Below, piece after piece: positions 56,199-64,000 of a stretch of 64,000 nt of DNA. Under the pieces are notes generated by a model. The model did not search any database and had not been told where the DNA came from. It was given only the letters and a program-made list of their open reading frames with translations. How positions within the stretch are numbered: position 1 is the first letter of the stretch; the number at the start of each line of letters is the position of its first letter. Position numbers and translations under genes: made by a program. Source of the DNA: Agathobaculum sp. (GTDB taxonomy: Bacteria; Bacillota; Clostridia; Oscillospirales; Butyricicoccaceae); assembly GCF_034098985.1 (NCBI RefSeq), contig NZ_JAXEOA010000011.1, positions 66,302 to 130,301 on the forward strand. The letters run 5' to 3'.

Positions 56199-57440
56199 AT
56201 GGTTCGCGAAGCAATGGAATTTGTAAAAGCCTACGATCCCGAACTCGGCAAGATGATGCAGGCGGAATACGACCGCCAGTCCCGCAATATCGAGCTAATC
56301 GCATCGGAAAACATCGTCAGCGAGGCGGTCATGGCCGCGATGGGCTCGGTTCTGACCAACAAGTATGCCGAGGGGTATCCGGGCAAGCGCTACTACGGCG
56401 GCTGCGAATGCGTCGACGAAGTGGAGCTCCTCGCTATCAAACGCGTTTGTGAGGTGTTTGGCGCGAAATATGCCAATGTGCAGCCCCATTCGGGCGCGCA
56501 GGCCAACATGGCGGTGTATCAGGCGCTGGTTAAGCCGGGCGATACCGTGCTCGGTATGAGCCTTGATAACGGCGGCCACCTGACGCATGGTTCACCGGTC
56601 AACCAGTCCGGCCTTTTGTACCATATTGTGCCATACGGCGTCGATGCGAACGGCTATATCGATTACGATGCGCTGCGCGGACTTGCCAAAAAAGAGCAGC
56701 CCAAAATGATCATTGCGGGTGCCTCCGCTTATCCGCGCGCGATTGATTTTGCCAAGTTTGCCGAGATCGCGCACGAGGTTGGCGCATACCTGTTCGTTGA
56801 CATGGCGCATATCGCGGGCCTGGTCGCTGCCGGCCTGCACATGAACCCGCTGCCGTATGCCGACGTTGTAACGACTACAACGCACAAGACCCTGCGCGGC
56901 CCACGCGGCGGCGTGATCCTGTCGAACAACGAAGAGCTGGGCAAGAAATTCAACAAGGCGATCTTCCCGGGCACCCAGGGCGGCCCGCTGATGCACGTCA
57001 TTGCGGCTAAGGCCGTCTGTTTCGGCGAAGCGCTCAAGCCCGAGTTTAAGGCATATCAGAAGCAGGTCGTCACCAACGCCAAGGTGCTGGCGGACGCGCT
57101 CATCAAGCAGGGCTTCGATCTGGTTTCGGGCGGCACGGATAACCACCTGATGCTGGTTGATCTGCGCAAGACCGGCGTGACGGGCAAGGAATTGCAGCAC
57201 CGCCTGGACGAGGTCTACATCACCGCGAACAAGAATGCCATCCCGAACGATCCCGAAAGTCCGTTCGTCACCTCCGGCCAGCGTATTGGCACGCCTGCGG
57301 TCACCGCGCGCGGCTTTGGAGAGCCCGAAATGCTGCGCATTGCCGAGTTTATCTGGCAGACCGCGACAGACTTCGAGAATAAGGCCGACGAGATTCGCCA
57401 CAACGTCACTGAAATCTGCGCCAATTTCCCGATTTATTAA
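56199..57440 (+). CDS. glyA: Serine hydroxymethyltransferase
   Basis: [24 protein letters not shown], and PLP-Lys motif [17 protein letters not shown] 56199 follows GGAGG. Confidence 0.97.
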   Translation: MVREAMEFVKAYDPELGKMMQAEYDRQSRNIELIASENIVSEAVMAAMGSVLTNKYAEGYPGKRYYGGCECVDEVELLAIKRVCEVFGAKYANVQPHSGAQANMAVYQALVKPGDTVLGMSLDNGGHLTHGSPVNQSGLLYHIVPYGVDANGYIDYDALRGLAKKEQPKMIIAGASAYPRAIDFAKFAEIAHEVGAYLFVDMAHIAGLVAAGLHMNPLPYADVVTTTTHKTLRGPRGGVILSNNEELGKKFNKAIFPGTQGGPLMHVIAAKAVCFGEALKPEFKAYQKQVVTNAKVLADALIKQGFDLVSGGTDNHLMLVDLRKTGVTGKELQHRLDEVYITANKNAIPNDPESPFVTSGQRIGTPAVTARGFGEPEMLRIAEFIWQTATDFENKADEIRHNVTEICANFPIY

Positions 57441-57447
57441 TAAGTTT

Positions 57448-57491
57448 AAAAGCCGTCTTTCTGTAAGAGGAAAGGCGGCTTTTTGCTTTTT
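57448..57491 (+). terminator. Terminator after glyA
   Basis: AAAGCCGTCTTTC / GAAAGGCGGCTTT followed by TTTT. Confidence 0.75.
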
Positions 57492-57651
57492 GTCAGCTGA
57501 GCGTATATCAGGTTGGTTTATGAAAAGTTGCTGTATGTATGTGTCGAAATTGGGGAGAATTTGTAGGAACTAAACAAATATCTTGCGATTTTCAGCTTGT
57601 ATGGTATACTGGATGAAGAGGGACGACAATAAACAGGAAGGGGACATAACC

Positions 57652-58983
57652 ATGGCAATCGAACTGAAACTAACCGGGCTCAAAGGCTTTGTAGGAGGGG
57701 ACGAGCTTCAAAACCTTGCGCCGATGACGGCCGCTGCTCAGGAGCTGCTACATAGCGGCAAGGGCGCGGGCAATGATTATCTGGGTTGGGTTGAGCTGCC
57801 GAACAACTATGACCGCGAAGAGTTTGACCGGATCAAGAAAGCCGCCAAGAAGATCCAGCAGTCCTGCGATGTGCTTGTGGTCATTGGAATAGGCGGGTCC
57901 TATCTGGGTGCGCGTGCGGCCGTTGAATTCGTGGGCGGCCAGATGTACAATGGCGTCCGGCCCGCGGGCATTCCCGAGGTCTATTTTGTGGGCAACAATA
58001 TATCCTCCTCTTATTTGAACGATATCGTCCAAATCATTGGTGAGCGCGATTTTTGCGTCAACGTTATTTCCAAATCCGGAACGACGACTGAACCCGCGAT
58101 TGCATTTCGCATTTTTAAGAAGAAGATTGAAGAGAAATACGGCAAGCAGGGCGCGAAAGACCGCATTTTTGCCACGACCGACAAGGCTCGCGGCGCGCTG
58201 AAAAAGCTGGCGGACGACGAAGGATATGAGACCTTTGTCGTGCCGGATGACGTGGGTGGACGGTTTTCAGTGCTGACGGCGGTTGGTCTGCTGCCTATGG
58301 CGGCGGCGGGCGTCGATATTGACGCGGTGATGGCGGGCGCCAAGGCGGCGTACGACGCATACGCCTCAGGCACCGACCACGACTGCGCCCGATATGCCGC
58401 GCTTCGCAATATCCTATACCGTAAGGGCAAGGGTATGGAGATTTTGGTCAACTATGAGCCTGCGCTCGTCATGCTGGGCGAGTGGTTCAAGCAATTGTTT
58501 GACGAATCCGAGGGCAAGGATCATAAGGGTATCTTTGCCACCTCGGCCAACTTCTCGACCGATCTGCATTCTATCGGCCAGTTTATTCAGGACGGTGCGC
58601 GCAACCTGTTTGAAACCGTGGTCTGGGTCAAGGAGCCGCGCGCGGAAAGCCTGATTGAAGAGGCGGAGGCCGATATTGACGGGCTGAATTATTTAGCCGG
58701 CAAGAGTGTGCAATTCGTCAACTCCAAGGCATATCAAGGCACGCTGATCGCGCATATGGACGGCGGCACGCCCAACATCCTGCTGGAGATCGACCGGGCG
58801 GATGCTTGGCATTTCGGCTATCTTGTTTATTTCTTTGAGAAGGCCTGCGGCATTTCGGGTTACCTGCTGGGCGTTAATCCGTTTAACCAGCCGGGCGTAG
58901 AGGCATATAAGAAAAACATGTTTGCGCTGCTCGGTAAGCCGGGCTTTGAAGAACGGAAAAAGGAACTGGAAGCGCGGCTGTAA
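57652..58983 (+). CDS. pgi: Glucose-6-phosphate isomerase
   Basis: 443 aa with [24 protein letters not shown] and [17 protein letters not shown] 57652. Confidence 0.95.
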   Translation: MAIELKLTGLKGFVGGDELQNLAPMTAAAQELLHSGKGAGNDYLGWVELPNNYDREEFDRIKKAAKKIQQSCDVLVVIGIGGSYLGARAAVEFVGGQMYNGVRPAGIPEVYFVGNNISSSYLNDIVQIIGERDFCVNVISKSGTTTEPAIAFRIFKKKIEEKYGKQGAKDRIFATTDKARGALKKLADDEGYETFVVPDDVGGRFSVLTAVGLLPMAAAGVDIDAVMAGAKAAYDAYASGTDHDCARYAALRNILYRKGKGMEILVNYEPALVMLGEWFKQLFDESEGKDHKGIFATSANFSTDLHSIGQFIQDGARNLFETVVWVKEPRAESLIEEAEADIDGLNYLAGKSVQFVNSKAYQGTLIAHMDGGTPNILLEIDRADAWHFGYLVYFFEKACGISGYLLGVNPFNQPGVEAYKKNMFALLGKPGFEERKKELEARL

Positions 58984-58996
58984 GCAACTGCGTGCA

Positions 58997-59024
58997 AGGG
59001 CGGGAGATTCCCGCCCTTTTCCTT
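58997..59024 (+). terminator. Terminator after pgi
   Basis: GGGCGGGA-GAT-TCCCGCCC followed by TTTTCCTTT. Confidence 0.6.
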
Positions 59025-59069
59025 TGCCCGCACTTGTGGTACAATACTGGGGAAAGCGAGGAGGGCAAC

Positions 59070-59363
59070 ATGAAACTTTCCAGAAAACAGGGCAAACAGA
59101 TCGTCGGCAGTATCCTGCTGGGAGCGGTGCTGCTGCTGGCGGCATGCGCGTTGGCGAGGCAGCTTTGGGCCAGATGGATCACGCTGGCGCTCCTGCTGGT
59201 CGGGCTGGTGCTGGCGGGGTCTGGCATGGTGCGGTTTTACCACTTTGCGCGGTGTCCGCGCTGCAAGAAATTTATGGGATTCCGCATCCCATGGCCATGG
59301 AGTTATCATTCCATGTTTTGTAGCATTTGCGGCGGTTTGATCGATTATGAAGACGATGATTGA
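59070..59363 (+). CDS. Small membrane protein with a C-terminal zinc ribbon
   Basis: Two TM segments, then CPRCKKF...CSICGG. ATG 59070 follows GAGGAGGG. Confidence 0.6.
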   Translation: MKLSRKQGKQIVGSILLGAVLLLAACALARQLWARWITLALLLVGLVLAGSGMVRFYHFARCPRCKKFMGFRIPWPWSYHSMFCSICGGLIDYEDDD

Positions 59364-59396
59364 ACTTACGGCGCGTAAAAGGAAGGGAATATTGTA

Positions 59397-59849
59397 TTGA
59401 AAAAAATTTATCTGGCAGGGTTCGATGTGTTTGCACCCGACGCTTTACAGCGCGGCGCAAAAATGAAAATGATGTGTGCGGAGCGCGGCTTTGTCGGCCT
59501 CTATCCGTTTGATAACGAGGCGGACAGCGCTTCCGGGATTTTCGAGGGTAACTGCGGCCTGATCGACCAGGCCGACATTGTAATCGCCAATTTAAATCCG
59601 TTCCGCGGGGACGAGCCGGACAGCGGCACGTGCTTTGAGGTCGGTTATGCGTATGCAAGAGGTAAAACGGTATACGCCTATTTATCCGATGCGCGTACGA
59701 TGCGGGAGAAGCTGGGCGAAAACGACCAATACGGTTTTGCAGTCGAAAATTTTGGAAAGCCGCTCAATCTGATGCTGGCAAGCGCGGCTACGGTTGTCGA
59801 GGGCGGTTTTGCGCAGGCGCTTGCTCGCTGTGCGGCAGAACAGGCATAA
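59397..59849 (+). CDS. Nucleoside 2-deoxyribosyltransferase family protein
   Basis: (M)KKIYLAGFDVF...DSGTCFEVGYAYARGK. TTG 59397 follows AAGGAAGGG. Confidence 0.8.
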   Translation: MKKIYLAGFDVFAPDALQRGAKMKMMCAERGFVGLYPFDNEADSASGIFEGNCGLIDQADIVIANLNPFRGDEPDSGTCFEVGYAYARGKTVYAYLSDARTMREKLGENDQYGFAVENFGKPLNLMLASAATVVEGGFAQALARCAAEQA

Positions 59850-59880
59850 ACCGCCGCGCTTTCAGGCACAATAAATTCCG

Positions 59881-60252
59881 GTGATGCAAATGAGAAAAAA
59901 CTCAGCGGGATTATTTTTGTTCGGCGCGGCTGGATATGCCGCGCTTGAAGTGCTGTGGCGCGGCTACACCCATTGGACGATGGCGCTGACCGGCGGCGCG
60001 GTGCTGGTCGCATTGGATAAGCTGAAAAACGAGGTGCGCCATGCAAAGCCGCTGTCCCGCTGCGCGGCGGGCGCGGCGCTTATCACGACCGCCGAATTTG
60101 TTGTCGGCTGTACGGTCAACCGGCGTTACCGCATGGCGGTCTGGGATTATTCGGACGAGCCGTTCAACGTGAAAGGGCAGGTCTGCCCGAAGTATGCTGC
60201 GCTCTGGCTTGCTTTGGCCGCGCCCATCATGCTGCCGCAGGGCGGAAAATAG
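59881..60252 (+). CDS. Hypothetical membrane protein
   Basis: Hydrophobic 123-aa ORF (GLFLFGAAGYAALEVLWRGYTHWTMALTGGAV). The start is uncertain (GTG 59881, ATG 59884 or ATG 59890) and the SD is weak. Confidence 0.5.
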   Translation: MMQMRKNSAGLFLFGAAGYAALEVLWRGYTHWTMALTGGAVLVALDKLKNEVRHAKPLSRCAAGAALITTAEFVVGCTVNRRYRMAVWDYSDEPFNVKGQVCPKYAALWLALAAPIMLPQGGK

Positions 60253-60320
60253 CGCTTGCAATGCGAGGCGGGATACCGTATAATGGCCTTGGCAAATGCC
60301 GAAAGAGAGGAAACCATATC

Positions 60321-61091
60321 ATGCTGATTGCAGTAAACGCAGGCAACAGCCACGTCCGTTTGGGAGGCTATGAGGAAGACGCGCGGGTTTTTGCCGCTTC
60401 TATCGCCGCCGATCCCAAGCAGACTGGGGATTCCTATGCCTGCACGCTGCGGCAGATTTTTTCCTTGTATGGTGTGGAAGAACAACAGATCAGCGGCGCG
60501 GTCATCAGCTCGGTTGTGCCCGGGATGACGCCCGTGCTCGAACAGGCGCTTTTATTGCTCGGCGTAACCGACGTGCTCGAAGTAGGCAGCGGCCTGAAAA
60601 CCGGTTTGAACATCCGTTCCGAGCAGCCGCGGCAGGTCGGGAGCGACCGTGTGGCCTGCGCGGTCGCGGCGCGTGCGAAAGGGAAACTTCCCTGTGTGGT
60701 CGTTTCGCTTGGCACGGCGACCACTTTCACCGTGCTGGACGGCGAGGGCGCGCTCGTCGGTTCGGCGATCACCGCGGGCGTGCAGCTCAGTCTGGCCGCC
60801 TTGCGCGGGCAGGCGGCGCAGCTGCCTATGGTATCGCTTGACGCACGGGACGACGGCCTGCTGGCACGGAACACTGCGGACGCGATGCGTGTCGGCGTGG
60901 TCGTGGGCGCGGCGGCAATGGTCGACGGTATGATCGAACGCTATGCGGAAACGCTGGGACAAATGCCGCACGTCGTCGTTACAGGCGACGCGGCGGCGCT
61001 CATCCAGCCCTATCTGCGCGCTACCTGCGAGCACGACGAAAGCCTGCTGCTCGACGGCCTGCACCTGATTTGGAAGAGAAACCGCACTTAA
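60321..61091 (+). CDS. Divergent type III pantothenate kinase (CoaX) paralog
   Basis: MLIAVNAGNSHVRLGG, VGSDRVACAV, VVVSLGTATTFT. This is a CoaX fold, but Asn and Ser replace the first and third conserved Asp. Confidence 0.75.
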   Translation: MLIAVNAGNSHVRLGGYEEDARVFAASIAADPKQTGDSYACTLRQIFSLYGVEEQQISGAVISSVVPGMTPVLEQALLLLGVTDVLEVGSGLKTGLNIRSEQPRQVGSDRVACAVAARAKGKLPCVVVSLGTATTFTVLDGEGALVGSAITAGVQLSLAALRGQAAQLPMVSLDARDDGLLARNTADAMRVGVVVGAAAMVDGMIERYAETLGQMPHVVVTGDAAALIQPYLRATCEHDESLLLDGLHLIWKRNRT

Positions 61092-61158
61092 AATTCGGCA
61101 GACGCCCAATTAGCCCTGTACCCGACGAAAGGGCGGGACGGGAGCAGGAGGAATACAT

Positions 61159-61815
61159 ATGCAAACAAAGAAGATGGATGTGCGTCTGTTGGCGCAGCTT
61201 GCTCTGCTGGCGGCGATTGAGATCGTCATGAAGCTGGTGGGGTTGGGAAGCGTCCCGGTAGGGCCGCTTTACATGTCGTTTTTGACTGTGCCGATTGCAG
61301 TCGGCGCCATGCTGCTCGGTCCGGCGGCCGGTGCGGTATTGGGCGGCGTGTTCGGCTTGGTCAGCATGAAGGATGCGATTACGGGCGCGTCAGTCATGAC
61401 GGGCGCGCTGTTTCAGGTCAGCCCCGTGCATACGTTCGTGCTGTGCGTCGTGATGCGCGTGCTGATGGGCTGGTGTGTCGGCCTGCTGTTTCAGGGGCTG
61501 CGCAGGCTCGATAAAAAGGGCGGCTGGAGCTACTTTCTCGGCGCGCTGTCCGCGCCGCTGCTCAATACGCTGTTCTTTATGGGATATATCGTGCTCGTGT
61601 TTTATCAGTGCGATTTCATTCAAAACCTCGTCGCTACCAACGGCGCGGCCAACCCGCTTATGTTCGTCGTGCTGTTGGTCGGCGTGCAGGGGCTGATCGA
61701 GGCGGTCGTCTGCTGCGCAGCGGGCGGTGTGATCACCAAGGCTGTGGCGTCGTTTTTTCGTGCACGGGTAGCGGTTCCGACCGCGAAGCCCGTCGAGGCG
61801 CCGGCGCAAAAGTAA
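61159..61815 (+). CDS. ECF transporter S component
   Basis: About six TM segments. The N-terminus LAQLALLAAIEIVMKLVGLGSVPVGPLYMSFLTVPIAVGAMLLGP is typical of ECF substrate-capture subunits. SD is GGAGG. Confidence 0.75.
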   Translation: MQTKKMDVRLLAQLALLAAIEIVMKLVGLGSVPVGPLYMSFLTVPIAVGAMLLGPAAGAVLGGVFGLVSMKDAITGASVMTGALFQVSPVHTFVLCVVMRVLMGWCVGLLFQGLRRLDKKGGWSYFLGALSAPLLNTLFFMGYIVLVFYQCDFIQNLVATNGAANPLMFVVLLVGVQGLIEAVVCCAAGGVITKAVASFFRARVAVPTAKPVEAPAQK

Positions 61816-61822
61816 ATAAACT

Positions 61823-61852
61823 AGAGGGCTGCGCAAGCGCAGCCCTCTTTTT
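61823..61852 (+). terminator. Terminator after the ECF S-component gene
   Basis: AGAGGGCTGCGC-AA-GCGCAGCCCTCT followed by TTTT. Confidence 0.85.
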
Positions 61853-61982
61853 ACCGCATGTGCGAAAATGGCGTCTGCTTAGCCGAATATGGTTGATTTT
61901 CCACGATGGCAGTTTTATACTAAAGTTATCAGAAATTGGACGTGCACTGTTTCGTCCTTGGCAAAATCAGAGGGGGATAATT

Positions 61983-62687
61983 ATGAAAAAATTGATTGCG
62001 GAATTCGTCGGCACGGCGGTGCTGGTCATCTTTGGCTGCGGCAGCGCGGTGGCGGCAAACACGCTGCTCACCAACATCGGGCAGGGAAACGGCCCGCTGG
62101 CGTTTTCCACGCTGCTGATCGCATTCGCGTTCGGTCTAGTCATTGTGGCGATGGCTTATTCGATCGGCAACGTGTCCGGCTGCCATATCAACCCGGCGGT
62201 TTCGCTCGGTATGCTGGTCGCTGGACGTATGGAGGTCAAGGAATTCGCGCGCTATCTGGCCGCACAGTTCTTGGGCGGCATTGCGGGCGCGGCGGTGCTG
62301 ATCGTCATGCTGGGCAGCAATGCGGCGCTGGGCACTAACGGATACGGTGCCGCAAGCGCGTTGGGAATTGGTGTGGGACAGGCGCTGATCGTTGAGATTG
62401 TACTGACCTTTGTGTTCGTTCTCGCCGTGTTGGGCGTAACGAGCAAGGTCGAGAACAGTTCGGTTGCCGGCTTGGTTATCGGGCTTACGCTGACGCTGGT
62501 ACACATTCTTGGCATCCCTTTCACTGGCACATCGGTCAATCCGGCGCGCTCTTTCGGGCCCGCGTTGCTGTGCGCAGACGGTTCGATCAAGCAGGTTTGG
62601 GTATTTATTGTCGCCCCGCTGGTCGGCGCGGCGCTTGCCGGGCTGTTTTATAAGGTGATCTCCTCGCCTGACAAAAGCGAAGCATAA
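61983..62687 (+). CDS. MIP family channel (aquaporin-type)
   Basis: Two NPA boxes (CHINPAVSLG, SVNPARSFGPAL). ATG 61983 follows AGAGGGGG; the ORF-track start at 61608 overlaps the previous gene. Confidence 0.9.
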   Translation: MKKLIAEFVGTAVLVIFGCGSAVAANTLLTNIGQGNGPLAFSTLLIAFAFGLVIVAMAYSIGNVSGCHINPAVSLGMLVAGRMEVKEFARYLAAQFLGGIAGAAVLIVMLGSNAALGTNGYGAASALGIGVGQALIVEIVLTFVFVLAVLGVTSKVENSSVAGLVIGLTLTLVHILGIPFTGTSVNPARSFGPALLCADGSIKQVWVFIVAPLVGAALAGLFYKVISSPDKSEA

Positions 62688-62708
62688 TAAAAACAAGTAA
62701 AAATCAGA

Positions 62709-62756
62709 AAAAGCGGTGCTTTCTTCCGGGATTCCGGTGGAAAGCGCCGCTTTTCT
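62709..62756 (+). terminator. Terminator after the aquaporin gene
   Basis: AAGCGGTGCTTTCC...GGAAAGCGCCGCTT followed by TTTCTCGTTT. Confidence 0.7.
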
Positions 62757-62876
62757 CGTTTGGCGAAATATGTTTTGCCAAAGTGGGGGCGTTTTCGCTA
62801 AAAGTTCATGGGAATAGCAAAGGTTCACAGTCCGCAAAAGCTGTTTGCGTGGCATAGTAAACGTGGAGGTGATGAA

Positions 62877-63884
62877 GTGAGGGCAACAAAAAGAATCGCG
62901 ATTTCCCTAATTTTGACATTGACAATGTTGTTCAGTGCCCAAGCGGCGGAGATAACGTCGCTGATCCCAATTGGACACACTGTCGGTATCAAAATGAGCG
63001 CGGACGGCGTGCTGGTCGTCCGGTTCAATGAAGTGCAGACCCCGGATGGCCCCGTATGTCCCGCCCGTGACGCTGGACTGAGCGAAGGAGACCTGATCAT
63101 TTCAGTCAACGGTACGGCGATCGACTCAAACGATGCGCTGCAAAAGCAAATCGCTTTATCGGGGGGACAGCCCGTCGCGCTCGTCGTGGAGCGTGATGGA
63201 GGAGAACAGACGATAACGGCTACGCCGAAAGCAGACGAAAACGGCGTTTATCGAATCGGCGTGCTGGCGCGTGACAGTATGGCAGGCATTGGCACGCTGA
63301 CCTATGTTGATCCGGAGACCGGCGCATACGGCTCGCTCGGCCATGGTATTTGCGAAAGCGAGACCGGTGTGCTGCTTCCACTAAAGGAAGGCAGCCTGCT
63401 GTATTCTGTAGTCGGTGCGGTGCAAAAGGGCAAGATTGGTGAGCCGGGCGCACTGCAGGGTGAATTCCAGGGGGAAAGCTCGCTTGGTTCCGTCAATGAA
63501 AACACCGAGAGCGGTATCTTCGGTACGCTGACCGACACATCGTTATATGATTCTTTAGAAAGCGTACCAGTCGCGCAGGCCAGTGAAATCAAGGTTGGTG
63601 ACGCGGAGATCCTAGCGAATGTTGAGGGGGATACCGTTCAGCATTATGCTGTGCAGGTGGTCAAGATTTATCCGGAGAACGATGAGTATGGCCGTGGCAT
63701 GATGCTGCGCGTCACCGACCCGGAGCTGCTTGAAAAAACAGGCGGCATTGTGCAGGGCATGTCGGGCAGCCCGGTGCTGCAAAATGGCAAGCTGATTGGC
63801 GCGGTAACACACGTGCTGGTAAACGATCCTACCTGTGGCTACGCCATCAACATCGGCCGGATGATTGATGAAATGACAAACTAA
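62877..63884 (+). CDS. spoIVB: SpoIVB peptidase (S55, PDZ-containing sporulation signalling protease)
   Basis: TM anchor, a PDZ region (AGLSEGDLIISVNG), GIGTLTYVDPETGAYGSLGHGI and the catalytic region GMSGSPVLQNGKLIGAVTHV. GTG 62877 lies 7 nt after GGAGG. Confidence 0.9.
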   Translation: MRATKRIAISLILTLTMLFSAQAAEITSLIPIGHTVGIKMSADGVLVVRFNEVQTPDGPVCPARDAGLSEGDLIISVNGTAIDSNDALQKQIALSGGQPVALVVERDGGEQTITATPKADENGVYRIGVLARDSMAGIGTLTYVDPETGAYGSLGHGICESETGVLLPLKEGSLLYSVVGAVQKGKIGEPGALQGEFQGESSLGSVNENTESGIFGTLTDTSLYDSLESVPVAQASEIKVGDAEILANVEGDTVQHYAVQVVKIYPENDEYGRGMMLRVTDPELLEKTGGIVQGMSGSPVLQNGKLIGAVTHVLVNDPTCGYAINIGRMIDEMTN

Positions 63885-64000
63885 AACCGCGGAAAAACAG
63901 GAGAAAGCGCGGTCTCTGTCGGAAAAAGAACTGTGAAAATATGGATTTTTTTGACAAAGGACTTGCAATTATTGGTAAGATATGGTAAATTAATACCAAG

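Overview
This window looks like a high-GC Clostridia-type chromosome segment from an apparent spore-former (spoIVB, yabP, yabQ, a spoVB/yabM-like flippase and divIC are present). Most of it is ordinary housekeeping, largely on the + strand: rnj, birA, a TetR-MATE pair, two tRNA-Leu, a rubredoxin/Rrf2/reverse-rubrerythrin module, lrgAB, a GNAT-radC-uvrB-DUF1330-uvrA string, recJ-relA-dtd, hemZ, the mazG-hup-yabO-yabP-yabQ-divIC-yabR block, hpf, rsmA, coaX, nth, glyA, pgi, an aquaporin and spoIVB. Many ORF-track starts are upstream extensions; I re-placed them using SD plus start codon and family N-termini. Two segments look accessory. (1) An AT-richer patch directly after the tRNA-Leu pair (about 10.3-13.9 kb) holds a truncated M23 peptidase, an orphan promoter/structured-RNA/terminator unit, a membrane GDPD gene and a frameshifted uppS-like gene. 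(2) An island of about 11 kb (23.9-35.3 kb) sits between uvrA and recJ. It is bounded by a decayed duplicate of the recJ promoter/start region, orphan terminators and gene debris. It encodes LacI- and YheO-type regulators, a Liv-type ABC importer, a CyuA/UPF0597-like protein, a URO-D-fold protein and a Gfo/Idh/MocA oxidoreductase. This island is my best candidate for an undescribed system, probably a catabolic module with unknown substrate. Other points worth a look are an unrecognised three-gene operon of small proteins (52.4-53.4 kb), a CoaX paralog lacking two conserved Asp residues next to an ECF S-component, DUF1330 coupled between uvrB and uvrA, and an orphan fumarate-hydratase alpha-type gene. 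I saw no CRISPR array, rRNA, integrase, transposase or recognisable defence gene. All calls come from reading the sequence and translations by eye. No database search was run.
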